From: Deltaproteobacteria bacterium
GTDB lineage: Bacteria > Myxococcota > Myxococcia > Myxococcales > 40CM-4-68-19
NCBI GenBank assembly: GCA_043782365.1
Contig: JAYWAO010000593.1
Span: 1 to 48,081, forward strand
Reading direction: 5' to 3'
Length of the DNA stretch: 48,081 bases
The notes below the pieces were generated by a model. The model saw only the letters and a list, made by a program, of their open reading frames with translations, had not been told where the DNA came from and did no database searches. Position 1 is the stretch's first letter; every line of letters begins with the position of its first letter. Of the stretch, positions 17,589-26,100 are shown in pieces. Both the position numbers and the translations under genes were made by a program.

Positions 17589-18371
17589 ATGAACAACCGA
17601 AACCGCAACCTCCTCTCCGCGTTCCTCCTGGCGCTGTCCTGCGCGGCGCTCGCCGGCTGCGGCTCGGGGGCCGACACCTCTTCGACCTCCGACGACCTCG
17701 AGGCCGCCAAGAAGCACGCGTGCAAGACCGACGCGAACTGCAGCAGCGGCTACGTCTGCGTCAAGGGCTACTGCCAGAAGGGGACGCCGCCCGGCGGCTG
17801 CACCACCAACGCGGGCTGTGCCGCGGGCCAGGTCTGCGTCTCCGGGAAGTGCCAGGGGTGCACCTCCACCAGCCAGTGCTCGACGGGCGAGGTCTGCACG
17901 GGCGGCGTCTGCACCACGCCGCCGCCTCCGCCGCCCGGCGGCTGCAACACCTCGCACGACTGCGCCAGCGGCGGCCTCTGCACCAGCGGCCAGTGCGTGG
18001 CGAGCGCGTGCAACCACCGCGCCTCCACCAAGACGGGCATCCGCGCGACGGTGGTGATCACGCGCTACCAAGGCCTCATCCACGGCAGCAACGGCGACCA
18101 CGAGGTCGCCTACGGTACGCTCGGCAACCTGGAGTGGATCCACGACCCGGCGCTGAAGGACTCGAACAGCGTGCAGCTGGCGATGAACGTCCACTCCAGC
18201 ACCGATCCGACCGGCCTGCCCGGCGAGGTGAAGCTCACGCCAGGCCAGACCATCGAGGTGGAGGGCGAATACATCACCGCGGCCTCCGCCAACGCGAGCG
18301 GCAACGCGGTGGTCCACTTCACCCACTCGACCTGCGGCTTCGTCACCATCAACGGGACGACGTACCAGTAG
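17589..18371 (+). CDS. Cys-rich-repeat lipoprotein with a possibly DUF3465-like C-terminal domain
   Basis: ORF 17280..18371 trimmed to MNNRNRNLLSAFLLALSCAALAGCG (lipobox). Four repeats of C-x5-C-x2-G-x2-C-x2-G-x-C, then a poly-Pro linker. C-terminus is ...GQTIEVEGEY...VVHFTHSTCGF. Confidence 0.7.
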   Translation: MNNRNRNLLSAFLLALSCAALAGCGSGADTSSTSDDLEAAKKHACKTDANCSSGYVCVKGYCQKGTPPGGCTTNAGCAAGQVCVSGKCQGCTSTSQCSTGEVCTGGVCTTPPPPPPGGCNTSHDCASGGLCTSGQCVASACNHRASTKTGIRATVVITRYQGLIHGSNGDHEVAYGTLGNLEWIHDPALKDSNSVQLAMNVHSSTDPTGLPGEVKLTPGQTIEVEGEYITAASANASGNAVVHFTHSTCGFVTINGTTYQ

Positions 18372-18398
18372 GCTGGCCGGCGGCATCGAGTCGGTAAC

Positions 18399-18431
18399 CG
18401 AAGGCCGCGTGCAAGTCGCTCGCGGCCTTCG
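18399..18431. terminator. Bidirectional terminator-like hairpin between convergent genes
   Basis: CGAAGGCCGCG (11 nt) / 11-nt loop / CGCGGCCTTCG, a perfect inverted repeat 28 nt after the lipoprotein stop. Confidence 0.5.
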
Positions 18432-18546
18432 TCGCGTTCAGCGCTCGCGGCGCTTGCGCATGCCCGCGAGGAGCAGCAGGAGCCCGGCCCACGGCGAGGA
18501 GCAGGCGCATCGGTGGCCTCGAAAGGCGAGCAAGTGTTACATCAAA

Positions 18547-19023
18547 CTAGTTGTTCGCGGCCCCGGCGGTGATCCACTGCTTCAGCGCCGACACCCACTC
18601 GGCGCCCGGCGCGAAGCCCTGCTTGACGGTCTCGTCGGTGACGCCGTCCTGGTTGCAGGCGCCGCTGCCGAAGGCGGTGCGGGTCGAGGAGTCGAGGGCG
18701 GCCACCAGCAGGCTCTGCTCCGGGTGCCCCGAGACCACGAAGGCCACGCCGTTGCAGGCCGCCTGGTTTCCAGTGAGGCCCGCCGCGCTGCCCTTGACGC
18801 TCGCGTAGGCCTTGGCGGCCGTGGAGAAGTCGAGGGTGGTCTCGATGTCGCTGGTGCGGCCCGGCGCGCCGACCGCGTGGCAGTTGGCGCACTTGTTCAG
18901 GTAGTTCGCGTAGAGGCTGGAGAACTTGGGCTCGAGCGGCGTGGTCGCGTCGGCCCCGGCGCCGCAGGCTGCGAGCAGGCCGAGCGCAGCGAGGGCGAGG
19001 TAGCGGCTGGATGAAGTCTGCAT
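18547..19023 (-). CDS. Monohaem c-type cytochrome lipoprotein (PSCyt-like domain)
   Basis: MQTSSSRYLALAALGLLAACG lipobox. Single CANCH. The layout ...VSGHPEQSLLVAAL... and ...LKQWITAGA resembles the planctomycete-type cytochrome c domain. Confidence 0.7.
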   Translation of the reverse strand: MQTSSSRYLALAALGLLAACGAGADATTPLEPKFSSLYANYLNKCANCHAVGAPGRTSDIETTLDFSTAAKAYASVKGSAAGLTGNQAACNGVAFVVSGHPEQSLLVAALDSSTRTAFGSGACNQDGVTDETVKQGFAPGAEWVSALKQWITAGAANN

Positions 19024-19084
19024 CGGTGTTCCCCTGTCGTGAAGCTAGGTGAGGCTGTGTTGGAGAATCAAAGGCGAAGTCGCT

Positions 19085-22000
19085 TTAGTGCGACGGCTCC
19101 AGATCGAGGCGCGCGAGCTGCGAGGTGATCCGCTCGCGCGCGCCGAGCCAGTCGGGGTTGCGGTGCTCCGCCAGCTGCGCCTGCATCTCGCGCAGCCGCT
19201 TGCCGAGGTCGAGCGGAGAGCCCACGAACCGCTCGCCGCGCTCGAGCCGCAGGCTGGCGGCGGCGTCGAGCAGCTGCAGCATCACCGGGAAGATCGCCGT
19301 GCCCGTGGAGAGGCTCCACGCGTCGGCGTGCACGAAGGCGGCCTCGAGGTGCGCGCGCGCCCCGCCGGCGTCCGCCTTGCGCTGGCTCCAGTCCGAGAGC
19401 TGCGCCTCGGCGACGGCGAGGTCGAGCGTGTCCTCATCGACCCTGCGCGCCGCCGCACGCTGCAGCAGCAGATCGCGCCGCGCGGCGCCGGCGGCCAGGG
19501 CAGCGTCCCACTTGCCGAGCTGCGCCTGGGCCTGCGCGCGGAGACCGTCGATCAAGAGCTGCGCGCTGGCCGCGCCTCCCTGCCTGCCTTCGCTGGCCTG
19601 CGCTGCGAGCGGCTCGGCGGCGTCGAGGTGCCCCAGCGCCTGCTCGGGCTTGCTGGCGCCGAGCGCCGCCGCCGCCAGCCCGAGGTGCGTCGAGTAGAGG
19701 GTGCGCGTCTTCTCCACCGAGGACGGCGTGCCCTCGGTGAGCGCCAGCAGCGACTGGTAGCGAGTCAGCGCCTCGGCAAAGCGGCGGGCCTCCAGGTGGT
19801 AGAGCGCCGCGCGGTCGAGCAGGAGCGGCTTGAACCTCGCGAGCTCCGGGTGCGCGTCCACCAGCTGCTGCGCCCCTTCGATCCCGCGCAGCGCGTCCTG
19901 GCGTCGCTCGAGCTGGAAGTACGCGCGCGCCTTCTCCAGCCGGTGCCGCAGCTCGTCGCGGGCGTCGATCCACGGGAGCTTGTCGCGCTCCTCGAACGCC
20001 CCGAGCGCGATGGCGAAGTTCCCCAGCGCCGACTGCAGGAGCGCCAGATCCTCCAGCACCGCGGCCCGCCCGCGCGGGGTCTCGCGCGAGAGATCAAGGG
20101 CGAGCCGGTAGTGGCTGATCGCCTCCTCTGCCGCGCCCCGGTCTCCCGCCCTGAGGAACCGCTGGTGCGCCGCGAAGCCCCACAGCTGCTGCAGCTCGAA
20201 GCGGGCCCAGAGCGTGCGCCCGGCCGCGCGCAGCAAGGTCCGCACGCGCCCCACCTGCTTCTCCTGCGCGCCGGCGTCGGTCGTGGTGGGCAGCGCACGC
20301 GCCGCCAGCCAGGCCTGCGCGAAGAGGAAGGCCGGCTCCTCGGGCTTGCTCGCGTAGCGGGTCCGGTACTCCTCGAGGATCTGCGCCTCGGTGTGCCCTT
20401 CGGCGAAGCGCTGCTCGATGAAGCCGAGGTGCGCCTCGAGCGCGTCGGTCTGCAGCGTGACGCCGAAGAAGCGGCCCCGCGCATCGCCCGTCTTGCCTGC
20501 CTGCCGCTCCACGTAGGCCCGCTCCAGCACCACCTGCCGGTAGAGGTCCTCGGCGGGCCGGCGCTCTGCCTGTTCGGGCTTCACATAGGCCACCCAGGTG
20601 TCGGCGAACTGGTACAGCAGGTAATCATTGTCCTCGCGGGCAGCCCGGCGCACCGTGGTGTGGACGGCCGAGCGCCGCCGCTCGAACCCCTTGCTCGCCT
20701 TGTAGAGGTCGAACACCTTCGCGCGCACCGCTTCCTGCGTCTGTGGGGTGAGGCCCTCTAGCCGCTTCTCCAGATCGAGCCGGAAGCCCAGCTCGCCGTC
20801 CGCAGCGACGCCGGGTTGGTCGAGCAGCGGCCTGCGCTCCGCTGCCGTGTGCCCGCGGAGCAGCCAGCGGGCGAAGCGGTCGGCATAGGCGAGCCGCTCG
20901 CGCTCACCGAGCGACGGGTGACCCGAGAGCGCGCGGTAGACGCCGAGCAGCAGGGTGCGGGTGGGGAGATCGCGCCCGGCCGCCGCCGCCCGCTCGCCTG
21001 CGAGGTCGAGCACGAGCGGGTCGTCCACCTCGGCGAGGTCGATCGCGAGCAAGAGCGAGGTCGCCTCCTCGCGCTCGCCGAGCACGTCGTGCACCTCGCT
21101 CGCCAGCAGGCGCGCGAAGGCCGCCAGCGCGGGCCGCGGCTCCGCCTGCAGCGGGTCGAGGCGCTGCAGGCGCGCCCGCGCCTCGGCGATGAACGTCTCG
21201 CTCAGCTCGCCGCGCGAGAGCGCCGCCTCCGCGCGCCGGTGCCCGATCAGCTCCAGCAGCAGGGGCGCGAGCGCCGAGCGCGGCACGTTGGGCCCCAGCC
21301 GCGCGAGGGCCTGCGTGTAGTACTCCGACGACTCCAGCTCGCCGAGCGCGAGGTGCAGCGAGATCATCTGCAGCAGCGTCGGGGCGTGCTCGGCGGTGGG
21401 CTCGAGCGCGAGGCGCCGGGCGAGCAGGAGCAGCTGCTCCCAGCGGCTGCCCGAGGCGCTGAGCTGGTCGTCGAGCCGCTCGCGCGTCCAGGAGGGCGGC
21501 ACCGCTCCTTCCAGCGGCAGGGAGTAGACGTGCAGCGAGCCCTCGAACAGGCAGGTCGCGATCAGCCGGTCGGCGGCCGGCGCCGGGTATTGGCAGTTCC
21601 ACTCGGAGCTGGTGAGCTGCTCGGCCCGGCGCACCTCGACGGGAGCGGCGGCGGCGCCGTCGAACGGCACGCGGAAGAGCACGCCGTTGTCGTTGCCGTC
21701 GATGACGCCGTCGAGCGTGGTGTCGTTGAGGAACTGGGTGAAGAAGAGCTGCTTGCCGTCGGCCGAGAACGCGGGAAACCCGCTCAGGCCAGGGAGCTCG
21801 AACTGCAGCTTGACGGCGGCGGCCGCGGGCTGGTCGAGCCGGCGCAGGTGCAGCTCGCGCGCGGCGGCCGCGGCGAAGGTGGGCGAGACCCGCGGGTCGA
21901 TCCGGCGCAGGGGCACGAACGCGACCCACTTCCCGTCGGGAGAGACCGCGGGGCTGCCGGTGTTGGTGACGCCCTGGAGCAGCGTGGTGGGCTCTCCACC

Positions 22001-22501
22001 ACCGAGCGGATAGCGCAGCAGCTCGAAGTCGCCGATGAGCGTCCTGCGCACCAGCGCGGCGATCGCGTCGCCCGCGGGCAGCCAGTCGGCTTGATAGACC
22101 GCGGCGTCTTCGCTGCTCAGGCAGCGGCGCGCTCCGGGCTTGCCGCTCGCGTCGAAGTCCCGCACGCAGAGCTGGCCCGACGCGGCGGTCTGGTACGACA
22201 GATACAGCAGGTGCTTTCCGTCGCGGCTGGGGCGCGGCGCGGTGGAGTCGGCGGCGTCGTCGAGCAGCAAGACCGCGGCGCCCGTGCCAGGCTCCAAGGA
22301 CTTCAAGGACAGCGGGCCGGCTTCATTGTCGACGTAGAAGAGTCGCCCGCCCGGCCCGCCCACGCCGAGCATCTGGTCGGAGGGACCCGCGGTGAGCCGG
22401 GTGGGGCGCAGGACCCCGGAGGGCGCGGCGGCGGCAGGCATCGCCAACGCGGCTGCCAACGCGGCTGCCAACGCGGCCGCCCGCGCGACCTGACTCAGCA
22501 C
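19085..22501 (-). CDS. Secreted TolB-like beta-propeller plus long TPR/helical-repeat protein (about 1138 aa)
   Basis: ORF 19085..23389 trimmed to GTG 22501 (VLSQVARAAALAAALAAALAMPAAAAP signal), which overlaps the ydbL-like stop (GTGCTGA). Propeller blades SRDGKHLLY, SPDGKWVAF, SADGKQLFF. The C-terminal roughly 750 aa are helical repeats. Confidence 0.7.
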   Translation of the reverse strand: MLSQVARAAALAAALAAALAMPAAAAPSGVLRPTRLTAGPSDQMLGVGGPGGRLFYVDNEAGPLSLKSLEPGTGAAVLLLDDAADSTAPRPSRDGKHLLYLSYQTAASGQLCVRDFDASGKPGARRCLSSEDAAVYQADWLPAGDAIAALVRRTLIGDFELLRYPLGGGEPTTLLQGVTNTGSPAVSPDGKWVAFVPLRRIDPRVSPTFAAAAARELHLRRLDQPAAAAVKLQFELPGLSGFPAFSADGKQLFFTQFLNDTTLDGVIDGNDNGVLFRVPFDGAAAAPVEVRRAEQLTSSEWNCQYPAPAADRLIATCLFEGSLHVYSLPLEGAVPPSWTRERLDDQLSASGSRWEQLLLLARRLALEPTAEHAPTLLQMISLHLALGELESSEYYTQALARLGPNVPRSALAPLLLELIGHRRAEAALSRGELSETFIAEARARLQRLDPLQAEPRPALAAFARLLASEVHDVLGEREEATSLLLAIDLAEVDDPLVLDLAGERAAAAGRDLPTRTLLLGVYRALSGHPSLGERERLAYADRFARWLLRGHTAAERRPLLDQPGVAADGELGFRLDLEKRLEGLTPQTQEAVRAKVFDLYKASKGFERRRSAVHTTVRRAAREDNDYLLYQFADTWVAYVKPEQAERRPAEDLYRQVVLERAYVERQAGKTGDARGRFFGVTLQTDALEAHLGFIEQRFAEGHTEAQILEEYRTRYASKPEEPAFLFAQAWLAARALPTTTDAGAQEKQVGRVRTLLRAAGRTLWARFELQQLWGFAAHQRFLRAGDRGAAEEAISHYRLALDLSRETPRGRAAVLEDLALLQSALGNFAIALGAFEERDKLPWIDARDELRHRLEKARAYFQLERRQDALRGIEGAQQLVDAHPELARFKPLLLDRAALYHLEARRFAEALTRYQSLLALTEGTPSSVEKTRTLYSTHLGLAAAALGASKPEQALGHLDAAEPLAAQASEGRQGGAASAQLLIDGLRAQAQAQLGKWDAALAAGAARRDLLLQRAAARRVDEDTLDLAVAEAQLSDWSQRKADAGGARAHLEAAFVHADAWSLSTGTAIFPVMLQLLDAAASLRLERGERFVGSPLDLGKRLREMQAQLAEHRNPDWLGARERITSQLARLDLEPSH
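22443..22478 (-). repeat. 3 x 12-bp in-frame tandem repeat (GCCAACGCGGCT) encoding (AALA)3 in a signal peptide
   Basis: Direct reading of 22443-22478. Two perfect copies and a third with one change. Confidence 0.8.
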
Positions 22502-23121
22502 TTCTTCGTCTCCCAGGCGCCGCCCTCGAGCTGCACCTGGCCTCCGCAGATCACCTCGCCCAGGTGCGCCTTGCGCCACGCCTTCCGCACCTCGTCGAGC
22601 GTCGGCTGCTTCGCTGCGAGCCGCGCCGCGAGGGTGCGCCAGATCTGGAAGCGCCGCCGGTTCTCCCGCTCGAGCAGCCGCGCCTGGCGGCCCGCCGCGA
22701 TGGGCTCGGTGCAGGTGGCCGGGGTCTCGTCGAGCGTGCCGTCGAGCTTCTCGCCGATGCAGCGTCGCAGGAGCAGTTGGTCGAGCAGGTCGGCCTCGGT
22801 GGTCGCCTCCTCTTGCGCCAGCTGCTCGTCGCCCTTGCCCACGGGCACGCCCGCGGCCTCGAGCTGCCCGCGCGTGTAGGGCACCGGCCGCGCCGAGACG
22901 CCCGCCTGCTGCAGCTCTCCGGTCAGCGACGGGAACGAGCCCGAGGCCTGCTCCTCGAGCGCGGTCTTGCGGTCGGCGATGATCATCGGCGGCGCGGTGA
23001 TGCAAGCGCTCGCGAGCAAGAGGAGCGCGAGCGCGGGCAGCCCCTGCGCGCGCCTCGCGGTCGGGTCCTGCGGGAGCGCTTGCCTCGGCGCCTGCTTCGG
23101 GTCCTTCACCGGATCGTTCAT
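22495..23121 (-). CDS. ydbL: YdbL-like (DUF1318) lipoprotein with a roughly 110-aa N-terminal extension
   Basis: Lipobox LLLASAC. The C-terminus ...ERENRRRFQIWRTLAARLAAKQPTLDEVRKAWRKAHLGEVICGGQVQLEGGAWETKKC matches the DUF1318 pattern (E. coli YdbL). ATGA overlap with the upstream giant gene. Confidence 0.65.
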   Translation of the reverse strand: MNDPVKDPKQAPRQALPQDPTARRAQGLPALALLLLASACITAPPMIIADRKTALEEQASGSFPSLTGELQQAGVSARPVPYTRGQLEAAGVPVGKGDEQLAQEEATTEADLLDQLLLRRCIGEKLDGTLDETPATCTEPIAAGRQARLLERENRRRFQIWRTLAARLAAKQPTLDEVRKAWRKAHLGEVICGGQVQLEGGAWETKKC

Positions 23122-26100
23122 CGGGTCCCCTCTTCCTGGCTTGCCGCCGGTGCGGCGGATGGAGTCGTCTCGGGCTCGGGCGGCACGGGCCTGGCCAGGT
23201 ACCGCTCCAGCACGGGCCCGATCGCCGTCCCGCGGATCTCGTCGATGCGGACCGCGCTCGCCAGCCCGCCCAGCTCCAGGGCCAGCGTGGCGAAGCCATC
23301 GTGGAAGCCCATCCGCACGCTCTTCGGGTAGCCGAATTGCAAGCCCCGGCGCATCCGGTTGGCGGCGATGTCGGCGTGAAAAGGGTCATACAGGTCGAGC
23401 AGCCCGCGCAGGTGCGAGGTGCCCAGCCGCACCAGCTCGATGCGGCCCTCGAGCAAGCGGCGCTCGGGCCACAGCACCAGCGCCGCGTTGGCGTCGAGCC
23501 GCTCCTTCTCTCCTGCGGTGACCAGCCCGGTGACGGCGCCGCGGAAGGAGAGCTGGGTGTCCTCGGCCTGGCCGTCGATGAGGATCTGCCCGCTCACTTT
23601 TCCTTGCAGCAGCTCCAGCTCGAGCTGGTCGATCGCCACCAGGTTGCGGTCGATGCGCAGGTTGGCGGCGAGCGGCCCGAGCACGATGGTGCGCGGGGCC
23701 TCTGCCGTCGCCACCCCTTTCTTGGAGAGGTCGACCTCGATGCGCTGCGCGGTGACGAACGGAGTGTCCGCGGTGAACGGCTGCTGCTCGGCGAAGCGGA
23801 GCCGCGAGTAGGCGCTGGTGGTGGCGCCGAACACGCGCGTGAAGCCGCCGTTGTCGCCCAAGAGGAGGTCCTGCGCGACCGGGATGAACCCGTTGAGTCC
23901 CTTCACCGCCAGGCCTTGCGCCGGCATCGCCAGATCGACCTCCTCGAACTTGAGCCCCGCCGTCGCCCGCAGGTAGCTCAGGTCCCCAGACTCCACGCGG
24001 AACGGCACGGTCACGGTGCCCTTGCCGAGCGGGGCGCCGGCGCCGCTCGGGCTGCCGTTCACCGCGTCGAGCCGCTGCGAGAGCACGCCCTCGATGAGCA
24101 GGTTGCGCCGCCCCGGGATCAGGCTCCCCGCGAAGGCCCGCGCCAGCGACCTGGTGGCTGTCTTGAGATCGAGGTTCGGGTCGAGGGGCCCCAGGTCGAG
24201 GCCGCCGTGCAGGTCGAGCCGGGTGCCGCCGAGCGCGTTGGTGAAGGAGGCGCTCTCGATCCGCACCGACCCCTTGGCGTCGGCGCGGGCGGCGATGGCG
24301 AGCTCGACGTCGCCGAGCGGGTACTGCGGCGCCGCGTCTTGCACCAGCGAGGCCGCGGTGAACCCGGCCTTGGCCGTGGCGGTGCCCGTCTCCAGGTCTC
24401 CCTGGGAGTCCACCACCAGCGACGCGCCCAGCTTCTCGCCGCGGTACTTGTGACCCGAGGCCCGCGTGAGCAGCGCCGGCAGGTCGAGGCTCGCCTCGGC
24501 GTGCAGCTTCTTCGGGTCGGCCTGGGTCTGCAGGTGCAGCGTCAGGGCAGGCAGGACGGCGTGCAGGTCGCTCGCGCCGCCATAGTTGAGCCCGGTGACG
24601 GTGAAGTCGAGCGAGGTGGTCCCGCGGATGGCGGTCAGCGGCGCCGGCTCGAAGACGAACTTCGGCGGCAGGCCGGGCGTGTACTTCGCCACCACCGAGG
24701 TGAGCGCCCCCTCGGCGTGGGCCTTCACGGCGAGCGAGTCGAACCTGACGTGGTGCTTCGCGAGCGTGGCTGCCGGGAGCAGCACGCCCGCGAGGCCGAG
24801 GTGCTTGAAGCCGCCGTCCAGCTGGTAGGTGAGCCGCCTGGTCGGGGGATCGAACGCGACGCCCAGGCTGAGCTGGCCGTCGGGCCCGAGCACGCCGTCG
24901 CCCGCGAGCTTCACGTCGAGGCGCGGCTTGGAGAGATCGTAGCTGCCGCCGCACGAGAGCGTCTGCTTCCCCGCGCCGCCGCGGCCGTTGAGGCGCGGGT
25001 CCGCCAGCACCAGCGCGGCCTCGAAGGTGTGGCGCTGCAGCGTGCCGCGCGTCGAGAGCTTCAGCGCGGCCTCGCGGGTGGTGAAGTCGAGCCCGGGGCG
25101 TTGCACCGACAGCTTGGTGAGCGTGCCCAGGCTCTCCTGCTCGACGGTCATCGTCTGGCGCCGGTCGATGCCGCGGGCCCTCCCCTTGGTCTTCCACGAC
25201 AGCCCCGTCCCGGCCCAGGCGGCGCGCTCATTGGCTGGCAGCGCGCCGCGCAAGAGCTCCGAGAGCGGCCCCAGCTCGGCGGCGCTCGCGTCGAGCTCGA
25301 ACGCGACCTCACTGCCCTTGCGGTCGATCGCGGTCTCCACCTGCAGCGGGCCCAGCGCCAGGGTGGCGCGCAGCTTCAACTGCTGCGTCGGGTCGAGCGC
25401 GGTCAGCTCCAACGGCTCGACCTCGACCGTCAGCGACGCGGGCTGCGGCGCGAGGCGCGGACCGCCGCCGCCGTCTTCGATGCCCACCTTGCCCGTCGGC
25501 AGCTTGAAGACCGTGCGCGCGAGCGACTTGCCGTGCACCTGGGTGGCCAGCGCCACGCCCAGCCCGGTGGCCTGGGTCTTCTTCTTGCCCTGCGTCTGCG
25601 TCACCGCGGCGATCTTCCCTTCGAGCGCCACGGTCGCCTGCGTCTGCGCCGGGTGCCCCTGCGCGAAGCGGACGTCGCGCAGGCCCAGCGCGAGCTGCAG
25701 CCCCTCGACCGTGGCGACCGCGCCCTTCGCGCTCTGGCGGAGCTCGCCCAAGCCCATCGTCACCTCGCCGTCGAAGCGCTGCACCAGCGCCTGGCCGGTC
25801 GCCTCCTTCGCGCCCTGCGCCAGCACGCCGTCCACGCCCAGCGTGAGCTTGCGCAGCTCCACCAGGGCCAGCCCGCGCTGCACCAAGTGGGAGAGCGGCA
25901 TCGACGCGTGCACGTCGACCTTGCCGTCGGCGCGCGGCTTGAGCGTGGCCAGCAGCGCGAGGTCGTCCACTTCGAGCGCGGGCTTGTCGCCGGGACCTTG
26001 CGAGAGGCCCTGCAGCTTGCCCTCGAGCGTCGCGTCGCCACCGGCAGCGCGCATCGTCAGCGCCACCGCGCGCACCCGCGCTGGCACTGCTGGCGCGCCA

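Noticed and set aside
22502-23389. N-terminal 296-aa extension of ORF 19085..23389, which would make a 1434-aa protein
   Set aside because: The extension reads through the YdbL-like gene and the 3' end of the giant gene in another frame, giving Arg/Gly/Ala-rich nonsense. A proper signal peptide begins at GTG 22501, and that start is stop/start-coupled to ydbL.
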